From: Octopus bimaculoides
Lineage: Eukaryota
Direction of reading: 5' to 3'
NCBI RefSeq assembly: GCF_001194135.2
Contig: NC_068986.1
Coordinates: 56,208,982-56,245,651, forward strand
Length of the DNA: 36,670 nt
Shown here: one piece after another, positions 1 through 11,150 of the stretch
How positions within the stretch are numbered: position 1 is the first letter of the stretch
How the letters are laid out: every line of letters begins with the position of its first letter
The notes under the pieces: generated by a model
Databases searched by the model: none
What the model saw: the letters and a program-made list of their open reading frames with translations, nothing else
What the model was told of the DNA's origin: nothing
Program-made: the position numbers and the translations under genes

Positions 1-582
1 ACTTATGTGGGCTGTCTGATCCGAAACTCCGTTTTCTAGAAACTCCGTTTTCTAGAAACTCCTCTTCCAAAAATTTTGCCTACAAATTTCTTTGAGATCG
101 TAATCTACACCGTTTGAAAGGTATTGTATAAAATTTCATTAAAAGATACCTGTTTTCCAGAAAGTTATGAGGGGGAAAATGTCGGGTTCAGTGAATTTTC
201 CGAAATTCCTCTCCCCAACCCCTCGTAAATTTTTTTCCCAACAAGTCTTTACATACACTCAATCTACAGGATATAAGCGATTATTTGGTGAAAGTTTCGT
301 TAAAAAGTATCCGTTTTTCTGGAAGTTATGAGGCAACTAAGTCAGTGGCGTATTAAACTATAGTTATGCCGTTTTCAATAAAAGTTAACGTTAATGTTGT
401 GTCTGGGGGGAAGTCATTCTCTTTTAGTGTCTTATAATTTAACACACTCACCGGTAAAATTTCCACTCAACGTTAACTTCCGTTACATTTTCAAAAAATT
501 AACGGATTAACGAAGTTAACTTTTTGGTTAACGGATTAACAATTAACGAAGTTAACTTTTCGATTAACGGTGCCCACCTCTG
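1..582. mobile_element. One end of a probable non-autonomous TIR DNA transposon (hAT-like); other end lies before the window
   Basis: Ends in GTGCCCACCTCTG (570-582; reverse complement CAGAGGTGGGCAC, a hAT-like terminus). Subterminal tandem TTAACGGATTAAC/GAAGTTAAC motifs at 498-570, diverged direct repeats around 130-170 and 290-335, and an 18-bp tandem duplication near 23-62. Second TIR and TSD not visible. Confidence 0.5.
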
Positions 583-1277
583 CCTACTATACTATATGAC
601 GAGACAACAGATGGAGTTACTATGCGTTTTTCGACCTGCAAGAAATAGCAACAAGATATTTTTCATATCACACATTGCCACATTCGATATTATTGTCCTA
701 AGTGTTAAAAGCCGATGTTGTCACGGCTGGAATACTTTTCATCATCGGTGCGCTCTATTACAGCTGACTTTGAGCTTAAAAAGAAAACTAACGTGTTATG
801 CATGAACAAATGATCCAGTGAGACAGTTTGGATTGTGGTCATTAGTCCTGCTGGAAATATCAGCCAAATCCACCTCAAATTAAGCCTAACCTTTAAAAAA
901 AAAACGAAGGATGCATTGAATAATGTACTCTTAGATACACTTTGCCTAAAGATAAGGTTAGATTGTTACAGACAGAATGTCTGGGAGAAAAGATCTGGGC
1001 TGTAGTTGATCGGCATTTTAGAAATAGCAGCCAGTATTCACTCGAATCACATCCCATCGTCATAAGGAAGGTGTAAGGGACGACCGTGCGAACTCATAAA
1101 AGGAGAAATGGTGACGAATGGAAAAACAGAGGACTCCTTTTATTTAAACGCGTCACACGATCGAACACACAATAATATGTATCAGTGATGATATATATGA
1201 TATGTTATGCGACGATAACATAGATGACCAGTAATGAAAGACCACAACCGTATTAGATGAATAACAGAGATATTTAT

Positions 1278-2203
1278 TGTGGCGTTAAAGATGTATGTCT
1301 GTGTGAGAGTGTGAATGCGACATATAAGAACATAATCAAAGACAGGCCGTCATACAAAGAAAAGTGTGTATGTGAGTGATACATGTGTGTATGAGTGTTT
1401 ACAGCAGATAGAAAGAGAGTCAATAACACGTGAGCAATTATATACCAGTTCTTGTGTACACTATAGGAAGAGTTCTGTATGTGAGAGTGAGGGGGCTGAG
1501 TGTGGCAGAGCTGATCACTAGTTGTGATGTCGTGGCATCGATGCCGGGCCGTGATTCTTGTTATACAGATGTTCGTCGCTGGCTGAGAATTTCTTGTCTG
1601 TTTAAGAATTCTTGTCTGTTTATTTAATCGTGGTGAAGCTGAGTCACCTAACAGAATCGAAGAGAGAGATGTGCCGCGGAGGTTTGGTTTGGTGTACATA
1701 GTAAGTCGTGTTGACGCTGGTGGAGATTGATGCTTGGTAGTAGTAATCGTAGAATCGTGTTGGTCATGACGATGCTGGATAGTAGTCGTAGACTCTTGTT
1801 GCTGATGTGGCGACGGCGGTGGTCATCGTTGGCTGGACGAAGCTGTTGAAGTGGTCGCTGGAACTGCTGTTGCTGTCGTGTGGTACACGGAACAGTTCTC
1901 TGAGAGAAACTGGACCGAGACAAATTTGTTGGGTATGAGTTGATCTATTTATAGCGTTAAGAGGGCTCCAAGACGGTGATAGAATTTTACTCTATCACGT
2001 GACCTTATTAGGGGCTGTGATTGGTCAGTTTGCGTTCTGGCGGGAACGGTTCGAAGAAGTTGCCGATTCGAATAATAATCAGTCACGTGATGACAAGGAA
2101 TGGGTTCTCTACTACGCTCGCATTTATTTATATTTAAATGAGAAGATTGTATGTAATAGCGATAGTAGTTTTGTATCTAATGGCGATAGGTAGTTTCACT
2201 ACA
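1278..2203 (-). mobile_element. Probable solo LTR (about 926 bp)
   Basis: TGT...ACA ends with imperfect inverted termini (TGTGGCG / CACTACA). Minus-strand order: TCACGTGA 2083-2090, CCAAT 2020-2024, TCACGTGA 1995-2002, TATAAATA 1946-1953, AATAAA 1619-1624. CpG-richer than the flanks. No TSD, PBS or PPT found. Confidence 0.5.
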
Positions 2204-3195
2204 AAGGGTATAACATAACGTTGTCCTTGGTTACCTGCTCAAGGAAAAAGATGAATTGGTCATGGCTGGAATGTTTTTGATCACAGATCTGCTTGATCAA
2301 GATTTACTTGAGGAAAAACAACAGCATCAGGCATCATTCGATCTCAGCAAGTTCAGTACCATCGGTCTCTCTAATACTGTCCGCGGTTAAATAGCGGTGT
2401 ATATATGGCAAGCTTCTCATCTCTTCCTAGTAAGCCACAGTGAGATATTTAGACTCAGAATACAACGAGACAGAACAAATACTGCAAGGTATCCGATCCT
2501 CCAACAATTTCGCTAGTCCACAGCTCTGGACTGGTACTTTATTGACTGGCCCAGAAAAGATCAAAGTGAAAAGTAAAGTTGATTACACTGGGATTTGAAA
2601 TCAGAATGCAAGGAACCGGAACACATACTGCAAAGCATTTCGTCTGATGCTATAACGCTTATCATAATTCACCACCCAAATATATATATATGTTATTTGA
2701 TATAAACGAGTATTTCAAGACTGCTCGTACTATTCAAACTGTAGTGGAATACAAAATCGTTGTGCAAAGTGTTAGGGGGATAAAATGTGATGAAATTTTA
2801 TAGAGAAACATGCTTTCTTATACTGTAAGTACTTACTTCTGTGGTAATTGATTCCAGACGATAATAACGTTGATTAAGAGTAAAGAAACTAGGTAAAGTG
2901 CCAAGAAAATATATTTTCAAGTACAGTATGAGAATTAGTTTTATGGAATAAGGCTTCGTGGCGTAGGTTATAGAATAAAAGTACATTTCTAGCGTGTCAC
3001 ATCCGTCAACATGATATAATTCCCAGTTAAGTATTTTCATTTCGTTTTATGCCCCCAGGAAGAGGCATGATCATCACAACATTCAATTTTCATCTTCCTT
3101 TAAAACTAAGGCCATTTTAAAACTGGTAAGAAGTCATAGCTCTTCTTAACTCAGCTTTAGAAAACTTAACTCCTCTTTTAAAGACATGTCTTGAT

Positions 3196-3530
3196 GTGCG
3201 TGGCTGTGTTGCTATGAGGCTCGCTTTACAATCATGTGGTTTTGGGTTCAGTCTCACTATGCAGCACCTTGGGTTAGTATCTTCTTGTATAGCCCCTGGA
3301 CGACCAATTCCTTCTGAGTTCGACAGACGAAAATTGTGTGGAAACACCAGCGTAGCTAGGGGGCAGGGGAAGGAGGCGGAGGCAGCACTTTTAATGGGGA
3401 ACCACTTTTGGGTTTGCTGTAGGCAATATGTTATTTTTGTGGGGTCCTGGGGTGGTAAACGGAAGGGCCAGCCCGGGCGGCACACACTCTAACTACGCTT
3501 GTGTGTAGAAGCCTGTCGATATATCTCTCT
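3196..3530 (+). mobile_element. tRNA-headed SINE (family A), interrupted by a MITE
   Basis: A-box-like TGGCTGTGTTG and B-box-like GGTTCAGTC. Body similar to 32587-32745. The GAAGCCTGTCGATATAT segment resumes after the MITE. Confidence 0.65.
3349..3499. mobile_element. About 150-bp MITE
   Basis: Terminal inverted repeats AGCGTAGCTAG (3349-3359) and CTAACTACGCT (3489-3499), 10/11 match. GC-rich interior. Superfamily not assigned. Confidence 0.6.
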
Positions 3531-3840
3531 CTTTACTCTTTTACTTGTTTCAGTCATTTGACTGTGGCCATGCTGGAGCACCGCCTTTAGTCGAGCAAAT
3601 CAACCCCAGGACTTATTCTTTATAAGAATAGTACTTATTCTATGGGTTCTTTTGCCGAACCGCTAAGTTACGGGGACGTAAACACACTCGCATCGGTTGT
3701 CAAGCGATGTTGGGGGGGGGGACAAACACAGACACACAAACATATACACACACATATATATATGTATACATATATACGACGGGCTTCTTTCAGTTTCCGT
3801 CTACCAAATCCACTCACAAGGCTTTTGGTCGGCCCGAGGC
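3531..3840 (-). mobile_element. SINE family A copy, cut by the assembly gap
   Basis: Reverse complement of the 32690-32993 body (CAGTCATTTGACTGTGGCCATG..., TTCAGTTTCCGTCTACCAAATCCACTCACAAGGC), with the internal (CA)/(TA) spacer. Confidence 0.8.
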
Positions 3841-4087
3841 NNNNNNNNNNNNNNNNNNNNNNNNNNNNNNNNNNNNNNNNNNNNNNNNNNNNNNNNNNNN
3901 NNNNNNNNNNNNNNNNNNNNNNNNNNNNNNNNNNNNNNNNNNNNNNNNNNNNNNNNNNNNNNNNNNNNNNNNNNNNNNNNNNNNNNNNNNNNNNNNNNNN
4001 NNNNNNNNNNNNNNNNNNNNNNNNNNNNNNNNNNNNNNNNNNNNNNNNNNNNNNNNNNNNNNNNNNNNNNNNNNNNNNNNNNNNNNN

Positions 4088-4174
4088 ATATATTCGTTTA
4101 TATATGCACACACATATATGTACGTGAGTGTGTGTATGTATTCATGCATGTATGTGTGTGTGCATGTATATATA

Positions 4175-4205
<31 letters not shown>

Positions 4206-4520
4206 CGAGAGCAAAAGAAGAGAGAGTCAGACAGGCAGAGAGACAAAGACAAAGAGCAACAAAGAAGGCCTATAGAAAATGGTATTTGCTCAAGAAGACA
4301 TGCAGTGAGCTCGAACCTAGAACTTCGACTTTGTCATGCAAAATTCTTAGTCATTTGGCTGTACTACGCCTGTGTGCAGTTATATGTGTGTGTATGTATG
4401 TATGTACGCGTATCTGTTTATGTATACGCATACACACGCAGAAGCATGCACATACCTCGCATGCGTGCACGCCCACACAAACACATACATATATTTATAT
4501 ATACATATATATATACATAT
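4088..4520. repeat. Mixed (TA)/(TG)/(CA) low-complexity region next to the gap
   Basis: Direct reading; explains the overlapping CV/YI-rich spurious ORFs. Confidence 0.9.
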
Positions 4521-4759
4521 ACAAATTGAGGGAAAGAAAAATTAATTTACTGAAACGGAGTAGTTATGCATCTAAGTTAGAAACAAAGAACACAGCCACA
4601 AGCACAACCCATTGAAGATGTGAGACGGAGAAGGTCAACTCAAGTGCAGGAAGTTAGGTAGTTAAAATAAAATACACTAAGAAAAATTAATCGATTAAGC
4701 TAAAAGAAAAATGGAGTTATCTAAGAAATCAGACTATTGCTATGGAGAAAACTTTTAGA

Positions 4760-7200
4760 CTGACATTGAGAAAAGCAACAGACGAAACACTCGAAATACC
4801 AAGTCTCTGCTTCATAAATAACACTTAAATCCTCGACACTGTAAAGTAACTTTTGCAGTCTTTTCCAACCATTGTATTATCGGTGAATGGTCTTAGGAAA
4901 CACGTAGCTCAAACCCTCCCCACCAAGGCAAACCAAGTTCGTCCAGCCTGAATTTCCACAAGGCTTAATGAAAATCAGCCAAGAACGAAATTCTTACTGG
5001 CCTGCAAAACCTCTGTAAGCAAGGCAACAGTGTAAAACTGAAACTATTTCTGTCAATACTGTAAGTTATATACATTAAACTTGTCTCAATGAGGAAGTCT
5101 GACACCATTCAAAGAAATTTCATCCCTAGAAATAAGTAAATTCCCTTGAGATGAAGGGAAAACGCTTCAAATGTTTTAAATAAACAAATAACTGAAAAAG
5201 ACAGGAACTAATTAAAATATCGCTGGTAGAAATTGGAAATCGAATGAAGTACTCCCATTGAAAAGAGGGCGCTAAAAAGGAAACCTGAACTGTGTAAACC
5301 AACTCAAAGGGTTTTATAGTTTCAAAAAAGAAACAGCCTCTGTGTGCTACAAAATACAGCCATTGTTTGAAGGAAGTGGATCACTTACTCAGACCCTGAA
5401 AAGGTGAATTACATACTCACTGAACAATTCAGTTCTATGTTAACTATCCAACTTGTACACAAACAAATAGATGAGCCAACAGGTATTTTTTTCAACGTTA
5501 CAACTTTACACGGAGAGACTACAACCATTATTTGCAAAGAAATAGAAGATATAGGTGTGATAACTTCGATAAGCACAATTAGTATAAACTCAACTTTTGG
5601 CATTAATGGCTTTCCAACAATTCTAAAAAGCATGTACAAGAAAATGGGTCCTTGCAAGACCACTTCAATTGCTTTTCGAAAGATTTCTGGAAAGTGGTAA
5701 ATCTCACCAACGTGTTAAAATTAGCATTATATGTCCTATTGTGAAAGTGGAAGCAGAGCAGATACAAACAACTACAGACCTGTATCTCTAACTTCATACA
5801 TCAGCAAAATCTAGGACCAAGTTATCTCAACCAAACAGAGGATGTCTCACACAACTGCTGTACCATTACAACAGGTTGTACATCAGCTGCTCAGCCAATC
5901 AAATGGAGACCTAGTATACTTCGACTTTTCAAAAGCTTCCGATAAATTTGATCGCAGGACAATATAATTAGTGGTGGCTCGTAGATAAAATTAGTGGGGG
6001 TGCTGCTTCAGAAAATGTTTAGCCGTTGTTTAATATTGTGTAAAAGGAAACAAACATATAAAAAGGAAATTTATACATAAACTTGATCGGTTCGCATTTT
6101 AAGCCGCTGCCGGGTAGTGTGTTTAATTTGTTCACTGGAAATCGCCACGAATCCCATCTTGTTTTTCAAACCCCCCCCCCACTAAATCACAAAATAAGGG
6201 TGGAGGATGTGCCCCAGTTTTCAAATCCTGGCAGCATCACTGAAGCTTGAAGCAGGATAATAATCTAATTCTACATTTTATCACATTCAAGAATATAAAC
6301 ACGTTTTTAAGCACAACACACGCAGAGTCAAAAAGAAACACTGCTTTTCACCAGCACACGGGGTAAGCACTGCGTGAACAACAGTACTGTCTCTCCCTAG
6401 CGGGAAATTTCCTATCTCGGACATGTGAGTATGCGCACAACCAACCACCGCGTCGCTGGAACTTTGAAGTGCACAATTCTATACAAGGATTTTTGTATTT
6501 TTTCATAAACTAGGGAATGGCAACTGACATTAAGCTTAAGGATTATATAATGTACATGTATAAAGAAAGAATTAAAGAAAAAAGGACTCATTATATTGAA
6601 AGTTATCGATAATATCGAGTGGAAATAGTGGGTGCTGCATTTCCGCAGTGCCTATACACGAGCCGCCACTGAATATGTTACAAACTTCGTGACCACAATA
6701 TAATCGAAAAACTGGCCGAGTGGCTGTATGACTTTCTATATGAGAAAATTCAAGTTGTTGCATCCAACCATGTTTTGTCTAAATGGTTAACTACAAAATG
6801 GGTTATTACAGAATACTGTTTGACAGAAAGTGTAGCTTGTAACAGTTCTATCAGAATTATCCTTAGACGTCAAAAGCTGTGGTGATGATACTAACATATC
6901 GAAAGCAGTAGTAATCTCCGAACATATTAAAAGCTTATATTCAATGTCGAATACAGATGGGCTGAAGAAAACACGAAATTCAATGTAAGAAAGTTTCAAG
7001 TACTTCGCTATCAGTTCTCTAATATAGTACAGTTTGGATACATAGAGTTGGAGGAAACTGCAATACCAGAGTAAGAAACTAGGAACTATGATGAATATGA
7101 CGTTTCAATCTATGTGCATAATACGAAAATGAAAATTAAAAGATATGCAATTTAGCAGGATACATTGAAAGAATATTCAGAATAAAAGAGAACAAGCAAC
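4760..7200 (+). mobile_element. Decayed CR1-type LINE (endonuclease end plus reverse transcriptase), split by the TIR element at 5969-6671
   Basis: Manual translation gives ILTEQFSSMLT, GINGFPTILK, NYRPVSLTSYISKI (5770-5811) and LVYFDFSKASDKFD. After the insertion: CYKLRDHNIIEKLAEWLYDFL, SCGDDTNISK (decayed FADD) and KFQVLRY. Multiple stops and frameshifts. Confidence 0.8.
5969..6671. mobile_element. Non-autonomous hAT-like DNA transposon (703 bp)
   Basis: 14-bp TIRs TAGTGGTGGCTCGT (5969-5982) and ACGAGCCGCCACTG (6658-6671), 12/14 match. 8-bp flanks AATATAAT / AATATGTT (6/8) fit a decayed TSD. Removing the element restores the CR1 RT frame. Confidence 0.8.
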
Positions 7201-8442
7201 CATCCTTTTCCTGAGGCCACTACCGACAGACGGCAGACATCAAACCGGACACAGAAGACAGCAGCTGACCAGAGCGTTGCGTCAATACAAAATCAATTGA
7301 CAAACGGCGACCACAACACACAGCGATCAGCTAACATCAAGAATCTCATGGCAGCGACTGCTATCATACCTAGCTCCAAAACAATAAGCTTCTAACTATA
7401 TCAGTACTTGGAGTTCGTAGTAACATTTTTCTTTCTTTTTGGTTTATGATATTGATAAATAAATTTCTAAACAACTCTCAAGCAGATTTCAGTGTTCTTT
7501 ATTGTAACATAAGTATTAAATTTAGAAGAGTGAACTTAATTTTTGACTTTCTAGTAAAAATAAACTGATTAAAAGCATGTTGAATGTGAGCTTATAGCTT
7601 CAGTAAGCCTTCCAGTTTTTGACATAAAATTGTGCTAGGAATGGTTACAAAACAGACCTTGCGTGAAATAGAATATCAAATTTACATATATATATATAAA
7701 CAATTTTTCATGCCAATATTGCTTATTTCTTGTTGCCAATCCTTGAAAATAATCATAACAACATTAATAATAATAATTGTTTCTGATTTAGACACAAATT
7801 CAATAATCTTGGCGCCATTGAGGGAGCTCTACAACAGTGTTTCTCATAGGAGTGATGCCTATGAGGATTGAAAAGGGAGCGTACGAATTGCTATGGTTTC
7901 TCCGTTTGAAACCCTTTAACTGCAAAATTAAACTTCATGGTTTTTCCAGTAATTATGTTAAATATCTACCAAAAACATAGAATTGGTATTTTATTTTCTG
8001 CAAGTCACATGGTCTCAATAAACTTGACATATCTCAGCAAAACATTATTTTGAACATGACATACCTCAACAAATGATATATCAGTATATAGAACAGCTTT
8101 CTGCAGTTAAGGCTAATGCAATTTTGAGTGAATATATTTATTTTGGGGCGTGGAGGACTGATATTTGCAACTTTGAGAACTGCTTCACTAAACGGTAGGT
8201 TGACGTGTTAGATATAGCAGTCAAATTGCTCTCAAATTAATACTACTGTAAAAAAAAAGTTGACATTTGAATAACGTAGTCCACTGCTTGAAAATAAAAA
8301 CGATGTAATTGTAGTTGGAATGGCTTTGGTCAAATGCCTGGTCAAAAGAGGGTTAAGCAACGACAACATCCAAATCTATATAATGGAGTGGGAAGAAAAT
8401 ATGACAAATAAACGTTTCCTCTTAACCCCCATTCTTCTTCCT

Positions 8443-8538
<96 letters not shown>
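8443..8538. repeat. Compound (TC)n(AC)n microsatellite
   Basis: Direct reading. Confidence 0.97.
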
Positions 8539-8540
<2 letters not shown>

Positions 8541-8569
8541 CCATATGTGTGCGGCATGGTAATCTTGTA

Positions 8570-8855
8570 ACAAGATAATAAGCGCATAACCTTGCAGGTG
8601 GGGCTCAGTTAGAATTTTCCTCTAGTGGAATCAAAAGGTCCCACTCAAAAGGTCCCTGAATAAATGTTGTTTAAGGATGATGAACGATACACATGTATCC
8701 AAGGGTGAATTATTCATACCTCAAAGAATCTCTCAAAACATGACTATGATGCTCTCCCACTACTGCTCATGTTTAGCGATGCATATATCGTCAGCCACTC
8801 AGGAACATTCTCAACTAATTAAGGTCAAGCAAGTAACAAGTAAATATGTGGTGAG
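8570..8855 (-). mobile_element. Short interspersed repeat family C, partial copy
   Basis: Aligns by eye with 10385-10587 and 17815-18030 (CATGACCTTGCAGGTGGG...CAGTTAGAATTT; CTATGATGCTCCC). Confidence 0.7.
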
Positions 8856-9117
8856 GCGGTTTAAGTCCGAGTGCAAATTCCACTGAGGTCAACTTTGCTT
8901 TTCATCCTTTCGAGGTCAATGCAAAAAGTACCAGTCGATTATTCCCTCCCCCCAATCCCACCCCACTCCAAATTTCAGGCCTTGTGCCTGTAGTAGAAAT
9001 GATATATCTCGTCCCTTGATATTGTCTTCCATATCTTGGGCTCTTGTGGCCAATAAAAGGGATCATCATCATCAGCATCATCATCATCATCATTATTATT
9101 ATTGTTATTATTAATAT

Positions 9118-9318
9118 AGGCATCGAGCCGACAGAATCGTTAGAGCATCGGTAAAAAATGCTTGCGGTAATTCTTGCAGCACTTTACACTCTGATTTCGA
9201 ATCCTGTCATGATCAACTTTCTCCAGATAAAATAAAGTACCAGTCAAGCACGGGATTCGATGTAATCGGCTATATCACCTCCCCTTAAAGTTGCTGGCCT
9301 GTTACTAACATTTGAAAT
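9118..9318 (+). mobile_element. SINE-like family B copy; others at about 8855-9000 (+), 11478-11697 (+), 2440-2665 (-), 32455-32580 (-)
   Basis: Shared motifs GTCAACTTT...TAAAATAAAGTACCAGTCAAG...GATGTAATCG...TTGCTGGCCTTG, and a B-box-like TTCGAATCC at 9196-9204. Confidence 0.65.
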
Positions 9319-9337
9319 AATAGTTATTAAAATCAGT

Positions 9338-10240
9338 ATCATCATTATTACTATTATTATTTACTTTTAATCTGCATGTTTGTTGCAATCACTTGCCGAG
9401 ACACACCCAGCATCCTAGAGCGAGTGAAGGATAAGAGATGTTACAGTGTGACTGAAAGCTTGGGGAGGGCAAGTAGCAGGGGCAGTAGTGAAATATCTTT
9501 ATTTAAATTGATAGGGATTTTCTAAGAAAGTGGGCAGTACTTGTCAGACAAATCCTTTCGATTTCTCTGAGATATAGTTCCCTTGGAATATTATCTAGAT
9601 GTTTCTGGCATCCCTTTTTATTTTTTATCATACCTAGGGCACCTATAATAACAGGAACAATTCTCGCTTTAAGTTGTCACATCTTTTGTAGTTCAAATTC
9701 CAGATCATTATATTAACTTAATTTGTCAAATTCCTTTACAGATATATTTTTATTAGTGGCAACACTTACTTTTATTAGTCTACAAGTATTTTTTTCCTGT
9801 CCTTAATGATTATGTCTGGTCGATAAGCCTAGATTGTTCTGTTGATGTTGACTGGAAAATCCCTGAGGATAGTGACATTATTACCTTCAACGACTGACTC
9901 AAGATGATGTTCATACCAGTAAGTAGGTTTGCTGTTTTGTAGTGTTTACATATTTGCCAATGTAAATGCTATCCTACCCTATCGTGGAAATTTCTGTATT
10001 CGTTTGGTGTCAGCACAGAACATCCCGAGACGAGATTGTCTATTGTTTCGTCAAATGTGTCGCAGAATTTGCATTTAGGGTCAGAAGAACGTTAGCCTGG
10101 TATTTTTTGATAAGCAAGCTTTGATCTTGTGACGCCAAGGTAAAACCTTCAGTCTCCATTTTTAGTCCTGAGAGGCACTGATGTGTTGTTGATTGGTCTG
10201 CATCAGCATTTCGACTTCGAAACCATTATCCCACGTGTAC
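9338..10240 (-). mobile_element. 5'-truncated R4/Dong-like non-LTR retrotransposon (CCHC finger plus restriction-like endonuclease, 3' UTR, (TAA)n tail)
   Basis: Minus-strand translation: ETEGFTLASQDQSL, KCKFCDTFDETIDNLVSGC (10019-10076, decayed CCHC), HWQICKHY, RPDIIIKD (RPD 9814-9822), PVIIGALGMIK, STAHFLRKSLSI* (stop 9503-9505). In-frame stops present. Confidence 0.8.
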
Positions 10241-10242
10241 GT

Positions 10243-10587
10243 TGTTATTATTATTGAGTGAGAGAGTAGTGCATACCATCAAAGCGACACTGGGGTACAA
10301 TTATACGAAGCCCAATATACCTGTCTGATAAGGGTACACTAGACACATGCATCACAACCACATGTGCGCGACATGGTTATTTTACATCAAGATAAACAGT
10401 GCATGACCTTGCAGGTGGGTCCAGTTAGAATTTCCTTCAGGTCAAGTAGCCCATCCTGCTCAATAGGTCCCTGAAAAGGTTTGTTTAAGGATGATGAACA
10501 AAACAACCATGTTTCCAGAGGTGAATTATTCAAACAACAAAGAATTCCTCTCAACACATAGCTATGATGCTCCCCAACTACTTCTGT
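10243..10587 (-). mobile_element. Short interspersed repeat family C, 3' part with (AAT)n tail; cut by gap
   Basis: Homologous to 8570-8855. Tail appears as TTATTATTATT at 10245-10255 on +. Confidence 0.7.
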
Positions 10588-10687
10588 NNNNNNNNNNNNN
10601 NNNNNNNNNNNNNNNNNNNNNNNNNNNNNNNNNNNNNNNNNNNNNNNNNNNNNNNNNNNNNNNNNNNNNNNNNNNNNNNNNNNNNNN

Positions 10688-10870
10688 TGGGCTGTGACTG
10701 CTGAGGAGAATGCGTAAGCTTGCAAGGAATGAAGCCAATATGCACCGCTGGATGTGTAATGTCAGTGTGCATACTCGACAGAGTATAAGTACCTTGAGAG
10801 AAAAGTTGGACCGAAGAAGCATGAGATGTGGTGTGCAGGAGAGACGACTGCGCTGGTATGGTCATGTGGC
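10688..10870 (+). mobile_element. RTE LINE fragment (C-terminal coding region)
   Basis: Highly similar by eye to 27657-27838 (RKLARNEA...WMCNVSVHTRQS...RLRWYGHV). Confidence 0.85.
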
Positions 10871-11082
10871 CATAATTTTATTTTGGTACTTATGGGACCA
10901 ACTGCCTTCGAAGACGCATATTGTCATTCAAAGCTGAAAATGAGTAGATAGACAGCCGACAATTGATGAAGGATTGTTTTTTAACTTGTCCTGCTTTTCA
11001 TTCGTTTCTTTCGTTGTTTGCATACAGAACTCATTTATTGCAAGAATGTTCTTTACTGTTGGTGACGTCCTGTACCCATATA

Positions 11083-11147
<65 letters not shown>
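11083..11147. repeat. (TA)n microsatellite
   Basis: Direct reading. Confidence 0.97.

Positions 11148-11150
<3 letters not shown>

Noticed and set aside
1274-1923. ORFs of 141 and 91 aa on the minus strand
   Set aside because: Low-complexity and inside the LTR-like segment; no gag or pol motifs.
3196-3270. tRNA-like A/B boxes (also 32587-32650)
   Set aside because: No cloverleaf; they continue into repeat bodies, so they are SINE heads rather than tRNA genes.
3642-4615. Several long overlapping ORFs
   Set aside because: They stay open only because they cross the N gap and (TA)/(TG) repeats.
10861-10875. RTE fragment breaks within a few bases of the site where the Helitron interrupts the 30115 copy
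   Set aside because: The following sequences are unrelated and two cases cannot establish a hotspot.
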